63,413 nucleotides of DNA from Octopus bimaculoides (Eukaryota). Location: NCBI RefSeq assembly GCF_001194135.2, contig NC_068987.1, forward strand, positions 108,043,954 through 108,107,366. Reading direction: 5' to 3'. Each line of letters begins with the position of its first letter. Position 1 is the first letter of the stretch. The notes under the pieces are model-generated. The model ran no database searches. It was given only the letters and a program-made list of their open reading frames with translations, and was not told the origin of the DNA. Positions 11,736 to 23,870 of this stretch are shown here, one piece after another. A program made the translations under genes and the position numbers.

Positions 11736-12455
11736 CAGTTTCTTTATTAGCCACAGGGGCTCACATAAAGCAACATTAAATGACATTAAACAACACAAAA
11801 GCAAAAACAGGACGATACAATGGGTTTTACAGCGTGTAAAAATATATATAACAATAACAAATTAAACAAATTAAAACTCCCAATAGGAGAGGCGCTTTAA
11901 GTTTCTCGTGCAAAAAAGCCCACAAATGCCAAGGGGGCCTGATCAACAGAGCAAGCGCCCTTCTTTTCTTTCTCACAGGTCTATGCTCAGAATTGGTTCT
12001 TACACACTGGCCATTCTTCCAACATTCACCCACCTTTCAACAAACTTCCTAGAAAGCAGCATTTCCCTCTTCACCCTCATTTTTTCTTTTAAAGTGAAAC
12101 TTGAAAAAGTTGATGCGGGCCTGGCCAAAGTGGAAAGTGTCCGTCTTTAGAGTTTTCAAACGGATCTACCATACTATCTCTTTCGCTACAGCCACTAAAC
12201 AAATAAAAATTGCCTGCTCCTCCCGGCCAAAAGAGGGCGGTAGGGCAATCTTCATAATGGTTCCAGCTGGTAGCCGGATCCATCCTACACGCGACAGCAG
12301 GTGTTCGACATAAATCCACAGGTCAGCAATACTCCGACATTGGACTAGGGCGTGCAGAATGGTTTCAACCTTCTGGCCGCACTTCGTACAGGCCCGGATG
12401 ACGGCACTTCCGTGCCTGTAAATGCATAACAAGGACACCAGGACTTAGAAGTATA
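11736..12455 (-). mobile_element. Tx1/L1-clade LINE, 5'-truncated 3' end (C-terminal CCHC zinc finger plus 3' UTR)
   Basis: RACTKCGQKVETILHALVQC...ADLW is the C-x2-C...H...C zinc knuckle of L1/Tx1 ORF2. It continues through frameshifts to KRKMRVKREMLLSRKFVERW, then a pyrimidine-rich UTR, AATAAA and an (ATT)n tail. Confidence 0.88.
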
Positions 12456-12462
12456 TCTAACA

Positions 12463-12860
12463 TACAGAGGATAGTACTACTAGGCACCGCACCCAACCTA
12501 CGTAAACAACTTTCGAAACAGTGAAAATAAGAGCACCGCAACAAAACTCCGGAAGAAAACCGAACTTTCAGATAGGGACCGTCGGATTCTTACGTGAATT
12601 GTTAGAAAACATCACATAAGTACAGCTTCCAAAATTACTGCAGAGCTTAATGACCACCTCAAGAACCCAGTTTCCACAAAAAACTGCTTGCCAGGAGATG
12701 CAAAAGCCGGATTTCAGATCTCAATATTTTTGTACATTTATGGTGCATTTTAGAAAATCAAGTAGGGAGTGGATATCCTCCACCATCATCACTACAAGAA
12801 CTGGAGACTATTTTAGTTGAAGAATGGACAAAAATTCCTTCGGAAACAATTCAACCTTTT
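12463..12860 (+). mobile_element. Tc1-family transposase remnant with internal deletion
   Basis: SGRKP.LSDRDRRILT*IVRKHH..TASKITAELNDHLKNPVSTKT...AGF (DNA-binding region) joined directly to DLNIFVHLWCILENQVGSGYPPPSSLQELETILVEEWTKIP (C-terminus); most of the catalytic core is missing. Confidence 0.9.
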
Positions 12861-12878
12861 TTGCGTCCCTACCTAGTA

Positions 12879-12949
<71 letters not shown>

Positions 12950-14269
12950 CATGTATTTATGTATAGATGTATGTATGATAATATGTGGTTTTAGCGATCG
13001 AAGTTTTGCTTCAAAGCAATTCAGAATCATTGAATGGAATATGTTACTATAATGTGCTGTAAAAGTCGAACAGAAACAAGCACATGAATTCATGAATGTA
13101 TTAGTTTGTGGTTGATGTTACTGATGTTTTCAATAGAAAGTGATTTAGCATTGACAGCGTTGTTTTTGTCTTAATACTAAGTTCAGATTGTTTATTTCAA
13201 CTACAATTTATCATTTGTTCCAAAATTATGTACAGCTAATATTATATTCCATACAACTTAATAAGTTATTGAGACTTAGCTTTTCATGAATAACTCTCAT
13301 TTCATAAAACCTCCCAAATTGCCATATTTCGACAATGGTCTGAATTTACTTATATTCATTATAATAGTTTAGCAAATAAATGAAATTTCAATTAAATAAT
13401 TGTACTTGGTAAAAAAGGTTCAATTAGACATTATGAAAACATATTAAAATCATTTATGACAAAAATTAACATTTAAACACGGCTTTTATACGCCATCTCA
13501 TTAACCTCTAAGACAATTAAATTACGGAAACTGGAAGCTTTAAACCAGACTTATTTCTGGATGTAGGTCGTATATTCTTTATTTATTGCTTAAAGGCACC
13601 CACAAGGTAATCGTTTATTTGCTGAGACTATACATGATAAGTTATGATAGTTTGGAATATGCGCACATTTTTCATGTGCCATCCGCCACTGTTTCCTAAG
13701 TATTACCTTGACTAATGTTGCATTAAATGTTGGTGACTACCCACTAAATCGCTCCAATGATATGTCATATATACATAGGTAGACATAATGATTGTAAACT
13801 GATTTCATCATTGGACAATACCAGCTTGAGGTGTTGACATCTTTAATCTCCTTTCTATCAACACCTCAAATATAAAATTCTGCCCGAACCATTATGTTAT
13901 AAGCATATAAGCACCATGGGCTGCCAAACTGTTGAGGCACAATCACACACACACATACCCGCTCAACTACAGGCACGTGTACGTGCGTGTATTTGTATGC
14001 TCGTGCGTGCATTTGTGAAAGACGGGCTCCTATGCATTCATGCCTGCACCTGAAAACCAATTTATCGAATATTAATATCAGTCAAACTTAAAAAGAATCT
14101 TATAATGCACAATGTAATATCGCGCGCACACACATGCGTAAGTATATATGAGCGCCACTATATATGCGCCTATATAAATGTGTGTAGGTATATGTAAGTA
14201 CATATATATATATATANNNNNNNNNNNNNNNNNNNNNNNNNNNNNNNNNNNNNNNNNNNNNNNNNNNNN

Positions 14270-14647
14270 GGAAAGGAAAGAAATAGAATTTGATGTTTCG
14301 ATTGGAGCCCTCGTCGGAAACAAAGAATGTCCAAAGAAGGGAAAAACGGAGGAAGAAAAGATCGCGACCGATATCTACGAGGTTACATTTACATATGTAT
14401 ATATATGTATATATATATATATAAGTTCAAAAAAGGAAAAAGACAAAAAACAACAACGTGAGGACGTGATACAGATTGTGTTACTAGACGCTCGGGAAAG
14501 GAAAGAAATAGAATTTGATGTTTCGATTGGAGCCCTCGTCGGAAACAAAGAATGTCCAAAGAAGGGAAAAACGGAGGAAGAAAAGATCGCGACCGATATC
14601 TACGAGGTTACATTTACATATGTATATATATGTATATATATATATAT
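14270..14647 (-). mobile_element. Penelope-like terminal-repeat family remnant, duplicated with 225-bp period
   Basis: 14270-14421 is identical to 14495-14646. Each copy has a degenerate hammerhead-like motif and the family motif TTCCCGAGCGTC...CACGTCCTCACGTTGTTGT also seen near 36565, 55680 and 62983. Confidence 0.65.
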
Positions 14648-17600
14648 AAAGGGAGTAATTACAATTCTTCATATTTAGAGGGGTGTAGATTGTGATACCA
14701 TGTGACTAGCATGATCCTAAAAGGTGAGAAGATTGAAGCCGAAAAATATAACAGTCGTTGATGGAAAACGCACTGCTTATTTAATTAGATGTTGACATGT
14801 GTTGATGAGAGCATGATCGATAAAAAGTTGTTAAAGAAATTGTTCGATACGGCTTGAGATAAATATGTGTGTAAAGCAAAACTTTTATCACTCTCCTTAC
14901 CCAAGTGTTGTATCGAAAACATATACAAACGCATGGTATGAAATATATTTATATTATACGAGAAAAAAGTGTCATGTTGATTTGCAGTCGTGAGATCAGT
15001 AATTCAAAATTTGTTGGGTTTTTTTAAATCTGTTTCTCCAGATCAAATAATTTCCAATAATGGAAATGCCTTAACATTTTAATATTTAGTGGGTAACAAC
15101 CGAACTACGAATATCGGCAACGATTGCCAAATATTTCGATAGATAATTTTAATATGCAGATTTTTATTTGGTGGGGTGGTATTCAGCACTGCACTTGATT
15201 TTATATTGAGAAATATATTATAGAGAAGAAGGAATTGTATCTGAAAATATCATGTTTGCGAACACTTAAATAGATCTTTAAAGCGCTTTATTTTAAAATA
15301 CACCCGTCATTAGATTATCTTCTGAAATGTAAGCCTGAGTTGATTGGCCAGATACTTCGTAGGAGTTATACTTATTTTTAGAAGACTACCGAATTTTGGT
15401 TGAAGTAGAGATGTATAAAATTTGAATATAGAAGTTAGACAAAGTTTAGAAGGTAGACGAAATTTACTATATCAATACCTTAAGTCTGTTCCTCTTAAAC
15501 AGGAAAAAATTGCTATATCAGCCAGATTTTATTAGTCTTTTTACAAGAAAATGTTTTTATCAATTGCCGCCGGCTATATTTACAGACACATGGTATTATA
15601 TGTTCCCCGTCTAGTAATATAGCGAAGCGAAAACACTGAAAATAATCGATCTCACGACATAATATGCTGGAATAGAAATACATTCATTCTCTTCTAATTC
15701 ATTTTAACCTGAACGTCTCTATCTTAACTTGCTTATTGATCGTTTCGAAAAATAAAATTTGAAATCTGTAAAACAGTTTTGATATTTGTCGAAAAAATAT
15801 ATGTATCTAAGTTTTAGAAGGTATCGTGGAGGTTAGGCATTTACAAAACACATAGGAAATTAGTAAAAATGTAATAATACATTGCAGAAACTTTTTTGAA
15901 ATAGTTGTAGTAATAAATATACAAGTAACCAATGATGACAGACTAAGCGAAGACGACAATTTCAATTTTTATAACCACTGTGTATTCGCTATGTTCTACG
16001 TAAAAAATGAGTACCTGTAAATGTATTAACGCATTAATGAGATATTAAAGAGGCCAAACGACTGTTTCATTGACTTTAAATGGCAGGTCAACGTCTTCCA
16101 GTTTTTATAACTTTGAATTACATTCGTCGCTTCTCTTGAAGATGACTTTATAGTGTTGAATCAACCATCAAAGTAGCTAGACGACTACTCTACAGGTAAT
16201 CTGTCAAAAAGCGGTAAGAGGCCAATTTCTTTTCGTGAGCTTTCTTCAATAGTAAATATCAAAGTATTAACTTCGAGAATATTGATATTTACTATAAAAA
16301 TGTTTTTGATATAATACCAAGTTTTCCTTTATATTAATTATATAACAAAAGATGTAGTGAAATTTAGTAAATAATTTATTGGATGAAATTAACATTTTAG
16401 ACAAGCGTATGATGTCATAAGTAATCGACTAGTGATTAGAGTACTTATGCTGCCGATAACCTGGAATCGAATCTTCATCATAGCAAATAACTATTTTGAA
16501 AAATGATGGCAACGCACATGCATGATTCACTTTGTTTCGAAATATCGATCGTTTTCTCGTGGACTGAGATATGAAGTTTGTGAATCTGATAAATTTGAAA
16601 GAGCCCTAGAAATGAGCCAAATCATTTTTTAATAAATTCAAACGTAACTTTTGGAAAGTTGTTAATTATGGTGAGTATCTATTGGTTGCCAATGTGACCA
16701 CAATGATAGTCAAAGTACGAAATGTTTCCCCACTTCTACAAAGCTGGAGAAATGCAATACTGACAACACTGTCCACGAGGAAATTTGTCAAGTCAAACTA
16801 TAATAATTTCAGTTTTATGTTCTTCCTTGTAACTATTAATAAGATATTCATAATATTTCTGCTCAATCATTTGTAGATGCAAATATCTCTCATCGATGTC
16901 TCACAACATCAATTTAAATTCCTACCTCGTGGAGCTACCACGGAAATTATCTTTAGTTACAAAGGAAGTCCTTATAGTAGAGGCTGTCTTTTTACCATAT
17001 TTTATTTGATGTAAGGGTATAGTACAGAGGAAGTAACTGCGAAAAATCCTGAGAGTGTCGGTGTGCCCACCTATGTCTGTCGATATATTTGTTTACACAG
17101 ATATGAAGGTTTTATTTTGAAGTGACGATCTGTCCGAAGTAATCATTTAGACAAAATGACTAATGTGGAGATGAACTATCGCTAACATGAAACTCCATAT
17201 ACTTTGCAGTTGTGTTTTCTTATTTTTTCTGGAAAGTAATCCAGATAGTCGATGGAATAACAATATTTCCGAAGCTAAATGGAGCAAACGTTTACAATGC
17301 TAGTTCACAATTAATGATTTGGATCAACTGAAACCAGATATGTAGAAAACAAAGAACACTTTCTGCAGTGTCTGCACAGCCGGCGATAAATCTAATGAAA
17401 AATAAGTAAATTTTACAAATGTTGGCGGTGAACTGTATATCAACTTTAATATATTTAAGTGAATGAATTTATGTCTTGTATTCATTTTTGTACCTGGCTG
17501 GTCGATATCCATGGGTAGACCAAATTTAGGACTGACCTTCCTACAATTGCGTTTGACATTTCCGAATGAAATCTGTTCAGACAGCATTTTTCTTATCGAT

Positions 17601-19226
17601 CTTTACATTTATGTACTCATAATTTTGTAGCAGAAACGTATGGATGATATATTAAATATAACAGGATTTGATTTGAATTTAGAAGACTCAAAACTAGACA
17701 TGTGAAGTTTTTAGTGCGAGTTGAATTAAGGTAATAAGATCATTTCTTATAGCAAATAGAATGTGGAGGTGTTTTATATAAACATTTCGTACAACTTTCG
17801 TCGGTAAAAAACTGACCATATGGATTAGAGTATTCACTGCTGATAGTTGTTATATCTTATACTTCTGATAATTGAACACTTGCTATAAACGAGCTCATCA
17901 ATTATTTAAGACATTCTTGCCATCACCATCATATGATATATTCAGGCATTTTATTTGATAATGCATTATGCAATGTGGTTTGTCTTTTTTCTTACAACAC
18001 AGTTGCATGATATTTACAGCAGATTTGGTTGCTAGTTCTTGTAAAAGTAGCCACGCAGGTGCACCGTCTTTGGCACGTCTATCAGTAATATATTGTAAAG
18101 AATGTAAGGCAAATATAGTTTCGTATTTTCGTGACTTTTCAAATATCTATTAAAAAAATACATTAAGAAATTATTGGTATTTGCCACATTAAAAAAATTG
18201 TAAAATATTTTATGTAACAATAGCAGAATTCAAATTTAGCGTAAGGGTCACTGCAGCACTGTGTCACATGTGAAATAACTGATTAGATATACATATTCAT
18301 GTTTTAAATGTGTTTTAAAAAATGTTTAAAATGCGCAATCGGCAAGTATGTAGTAAGCTCATTATATTATGATTGCGGTAACCAAGTTTCGCATCCTCGC
18401 CATTGCCACCGTCTATTTCATTTCATTGATTATCAATGTGGTTTCATTACCATCATTATTATTTTTATTTTATTCTTTACTTTTGTCATTTAACTTGTTT
18501 CTAGATGATAATTATTTTTTAAAATTCAGATATTTGTTAATGCAGAGTGAGAATTTGAAGGGTTTTTTTCTTGAAAGCATAATGGAGGTGATACATTTGT
18601 AAAATACATAGAAATTGGTTAAAAATATAATTAAGTATTGTAAAACATTGTTAAAATGGTTGCACGAAAAATTATATATTCATACAAGGAAGCTAACTAT
18701 GACACACAATGTGACAACGTGAATCTAAATGTAAATTACTACAGTCAAAACATGAGTGGTTAGATCATTTATTTGCTCATTTTATTTTTATTTGTACTTA
18801 TCTTTTTTTCTCTGTAAATAATTATTAATGAACTAACTGGGAGAGAATTTCTAAATATGATAATTCAAAGCAATTCATGATAATTAGAATTATTCGACAC
18901 AATTAGAATTATTCCACGCCATGAATGTCACTATAATTTTACAACATATCATATCACTTATGTGGAAATATATGGCAACATTTTAACATTTGCAGCAAGT
19001 CTTGAATATTTTCAACTTCGTGGTTTATATCATGTCTTTTTAAGAAATTTTGCTTTGTCATAATTTGTTAGGGATTTATAAATTATTGTGGCAACAGAAC
19101 TGGTGGAGTTGCGGTGTGAACAACATTATCTTGGTCTCCTCAACGTAAGCGATTCTCGATCGAAACAAAAAACAAAGAAATGATCGTAGAACTTGACTTA
19201 TGAAATTATTTCGAAGAACCGGAGAA

Positions 19227-19412
19227 AAGGCGGTGAGCTGGTAGAATCGCTTACACGTCAAATACAATATTTAGCGGTATTTCTTCTGAATTTGTTTACA
19301 CAGGGTTCATACTACGTAGATTTCAACCTTGTCTTTCATTCCTTAGGTGACGATAAAAATGGGAGTTAAGTATAAGGTCTGTTGCATTCTCTCAAAATTT
19401 CTGGCCTTGAAC
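19227..19412 (+). mobile_element. SINE family A, strongly degraded
   Basis: Head AAGGCGGTGAGCTGGTAGAATCG, TTAGCGGTATTTC, tail AAAATTTCTGGCCTTG. Confidence 0.75.
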
Positions 19413-20275
19413 CCTGTAACATATTGGCATTCCAGTCAACTTACGAAGTGTGCTAAAAAGAACCTGGCTTTAAAGGTTACGAGAATGGCCTATTTGGAGT
19501 CCCAACCTTCGGAGTTCAGCAGCCCCTCGTGCATATGCTCAGTAAAGCCAGTAACCAGCATTATGAGTCCACGAGCTCAATAACAATAAGAAGAGATGAA
19601 AGGCAAACTCATATATACGTGTAAGTACATTTACACATTACTAGACATCATCCTTTATGCATTAGCAAACACAAGAAAACAGATTTACACATGCATTGAC
19701 CTCAAATTGATGCGTAATACCCTTGTGTATTGTTTAAATTCCAATAAAAGGGCCTTGAGCCTAAGCTAGAAACTATCTTTTTCTCTTCACTAACAAGTAA
19801 TCTAGAAACATAACTAGTAATAATAACCTATATATTGCAACACATATACACATAAATACATCCTGATTCCATCTTTGAAATTGATTCCATTTTCAAACTT
19901 CTCTGCTTTAAGATCTGAAAAGTAAGATCTTCTCTACCCTGATGACGAAGAGTTGTCTTATTCTATGTTGATTGCATCCATTACGGTCGCAAATTAAAAT
20001 GAACTACATCTACCAATATTATATTATCATGGTTCTCCAAGCTCCCAGAAACAAGTGTTAGATCTATAACACCTTCCTTTCACTCCTTTAATTTTCTCTA
20101 TCAATTGGACTCTGTATAAGTTGGATGTATTAATATAGATATCTATATATTTGTACTTAAATATTTATCATCTGAAAGTCACCATCTTTTGTTGTCTCTC
20201 GTTTTTTTTATGTTTGCATACATATATTCTTTGTGCTTGATGTCCAAACTATTATATTTGATACGTCTAATTGGC

Positions 20276-20486
20276 AAAGCAGTGAGCTGGCAGAAACGTT
20301 AGCATGCCGGGCGAAATGCTTAGGAGTACTTCGTGTCTTTACGTCCTGAGCTCAAATTCCGCCGAGGTGGACTTTGCCTTTCGAAGTCGATACATCAAGT
20401 ACCAGTTGCGTACTTGCGTCGAAATAATCGATTGCCCCGCCCCACAAAAAGAAATTTCGGGCATTGTGCCGAAAGTAGAAAATAAT
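20276..20486 (+). mobile_element. SINE family A (tail A)
   Basis: Clear head, B-box-like GAGCTCAAATTCC and tail GCATTGTGCCGAAAGTAGAAAAT. Confidence 0.92.
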
Positions 20487-21736
20487 ATATCTATATATCT
20501 AATATATCCTTCTCTAATACACACTTTTTAACTGATTGGTCATCTTTTTGTACATGATACACCGATACATATGTCGAGCTAAATTTATTTAGTATTTCTA
20601 ACGTAACAAGTAAATACGTACTTTCTTCTTATATCTTTTCTTTGTTTTTTTTTCCTTTTGTTTTCAACATTTAAACACAAGCCGTCCGTCCTTGATGGAG
20701 CAGATGTTCGCTTAATCACGAGACTTGTTTCTCCTACCCACTCTTATCTTGAATTCTATCGCAATATCCCTCTGCGTTTCAAGCTGTTTAACGAAGTAAA
20801 TATAATTACAAACACAAATCAAAATATATTTATACCCTTATGTTTATATACAAACATTGTTATATCTGAATTTTACAAAAATCAATTAATTCGGAGTGTT
20901 TGCTGTGCATTATGTTTTACATAAATTAGTATTTACATTATGTCTGACTACTTAGACAGAAGATTCCACTTTGAATGGAGCAGCAAATTCTAAAGTGTAT
21001 TGAGAATAAGGTTCTATTTATGCGAGTAAAACAAGAAGGAAAATAATGTTCATTCGATAATGAAATTATTATTCAGTTACTGATAATTTGAAATGGTGTT
21101 TGTTATTTTATGCTTTCTTTCGCATTCTCTATCAAACAACCTCATTCAGGGAAGACAGGGAAAGTTAAGAATGTGACGGTATAACTTGTTATTAGAAATA
21201 AAGAGAAAGAAATAGAGGCAAGTGTTTAAGATGGAAAATGGAGATTGCGTGCGCGCGTACGCGTAATATTTAAGTGTATGCACGTGTATTTATATATATA
21301 TATGTGTGTGTGTGTGTATGTGTGAAATCGTTTCTGGCTCTGCGTGAGCGTGTGCGCTTCTGTGTGTGTATGTCTCTTTTTGTTTATGTCTGCTCGTGTA
21401 TGTGCCTGTGCGTGTGTGTGTATGTGTGTGTGTGCGTGCGCGCCTATGACTGTTTTTCTTCCACCTATTCAATACTTTCCACTTTTCACTCCACATCGTA
21501 ATTTTGCTTAAATTTTACAATGAAATTTTCTTTCCTACTTACCGGAGTTACTCGTATATAAATCCCTTTATATTATATTTGATTTTCACTCAAGAAACTA
21601 GGGTACGTTTTACGGACAAAGCAGAGCTAATATCAAATTTCAATACGATGCGGAAAGAAATTTGTACCAAGGTTTAACACTCGTGCACGTATAAATACAG
21701 TAGTAGTAAGTTTTACATCTCTGTAAAAGTATAAAA

Positions 21737-22389
21737 ATCATTTCTACTGCAGGCTCAAGGCTTGAAATTTGAGGTGAGGGCACTGGTGGGTTACATAGAC
21801 TCCAATGTTTCATTGGTTCTCATTTTATTGACTACGAAAGAATGAAAGGCAAAACCGACCGCCTCGGAATTTGATCTCAGAACGTAAGGACGGACGAAAT
21901 TCCGGGAAGCATTTTGCGCAGGGTGCTAACGATTCTTATTCCATTATTGCCCACAAGAGGCTAAACATAGAAGGAACAGACAGCGACAGAAAAAGGTATT
22001 AAGTCGATTACATCGACCACAGTGCGTAACTAGTACTTAATTTACCGACCACGACAGAATGAAAGGTAAAGTCGACCTCGGCGGTATTTGAACTCAAAAC
22101 GTAACGGCAGACGAAATACCGCTAAGAATTTCGTCCGGCGCGCTAACGATTCTGCCAGCTCGTCGCCTGCTCTGAAGACGCAATAATCTTTTCTTCTCTA
22201 GACACAAGGCCAGACATTTGGTGGGAGGGGACCAGTCATTTAGATCGACCCCAGTACGCAACTGGAGCTTAATTTAAAGGATGAAAGGCAAAGTCAACCT
22301 CGACGGAATTTGATCTCAGAACATAACGACAGATAAAATGCCGCTAAGCATTTCGCCCGGCTTGCTAAAGTTTCTGACAGCTCACCGTC
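21737..22389 (-). mobile_element. Three head-to-tail family A SINEs: 21737-21937 (tail A, head truncated), 21938-22168 (tail B), 22185-22389 (tail A)
   Basis: Each segment aligns to the reverse complement of 10839-11062; the middle copy has the alternative tail ending TGTTTAGCCTCTTGTGGGCAATAATGGAAT. Confidence 0.92.
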
Positions 22390-22829
22390 ATAGTGTTTTA
22401 TTAGTGGATGTAAAACCACATTTCCTTCAATCTCCATTGTCTATATTACCCAGAAAATACTAACCAATCGATCTTCTTCGAGTTAACTACCGTTATTTTA
22501 AAAATCTCTCATAAGATTTTATATCTTCTAATGTTTTTATAATCTAAATAAGTACTTTCAATCCATTGATATAATTATGTCAATCACTGTCGTTGTTGTA
22601 TTTAATATGCCGAACTCTCACCCGAGTTATTTGCCTTGATATTTTTGAAAGCGACAGACTCAATAATGCTGGTTAGAATGCCACGTAGTAACTGTTTCAG
22701 TTCTCAACCTTCTGAGTCCTCATTCCACCCCAATAGACCAAGCCCTTCGGCTCTTCGAGGTCAATTACAAAAGTACTATTCGAGGATGGTATATGGAGAA
22801 GCTGTCAGACGTTTGTGCTAGACGCTGTC

Positions 22830-23155
22830 CAGCATTTGTCGTCACGTTTTGCGTTTTCACAGCACTGCACGTGACGTCCCTGACGCCAAACTTTGACCCA
22901 ATTCTGGGACCTTTCTTGCGTATGAAATTCGGCGCCATGCAAAGAACAACATGTACACTTGAGAAAACTTTTATACTTCTTAAAAAATGTATCCAGTCTT
23001 GCAATTACTTCTGCAGCTTCAGGTGAAGTTTCATTTTGGTGAAATCTGTTAAAACATATAAACTGATTAGATTAGTTATTGTTTTAGAAACCGCTGGCAT
23101 GTTCATTGTTAGTCACATTCATCTGGCCACAACTCCACGTAGTTACTATGGTGAC
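22830..23155. promoter_or_regulatory. Candidate CpG-rich regulatory region with E-box/CRE composite and RFX X-box
   Basis: CACGTG (22868-22873) overlapping TGACGTC (22872-22878) in a CpG-rich non-repeat patch; GTTACTATGGTGAC at 23142-23155 fits the RFX X-box palindrome. Confidence 0.3.
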
Positions 23156-23717
23156 ACAAGTTCGTATCGCAGTCATTGATTGAGTGATTTTCATAAATAA
23201 TTCAATATACATATATAAGATTTAAAAATACATCAGTATTTTCAAATTCCCACTGATTTCATCATAGATTTACAATCTCCAGTGTTCAGAAATTCTGTTC
23301 CTATAATTTATTACCAGTCTCCCAGTATTTGAAGCCTTCATCTCAACTTAGGAATTGCAATATTTTACATTATTAATAATTTCCTTCATTTCTACTATAT
23401 TGTCGTAGTAACTTATCAACTTGTTATTTGAAAATTTAAAATATTTACAAGAATTCAAATATTTACACAGGAAGTATGTGAAGTTTAAATCTTATCTAAT
23501 GCAGCAAGATTAATTACACAGCAAGGAGGTGTGAATTCAGGTTTGAATTACGAGATGATTCCGACATAGAATATATCACAGTTTAATATATAAGATCCAT
23601 GAAGTAAACGATTATGCCAGGAACGTATATAAGTGTTTCCGTTGTATAAGATATCGTCTGTCACAATGAAATCCGAGGCCAACCACATACATTTCATTCG
23701 ATATTTCTCTAGTATGC

Positions 23718-23870
<153 letters not shown>

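Noticed and set aside
16522-16676. Apparent first coding exon ending at ATG|gtgagt
   Set aside because: The ATG-initiated frame stops at 16630-16632. A strong donor hexamer alone is expected many times by chance.
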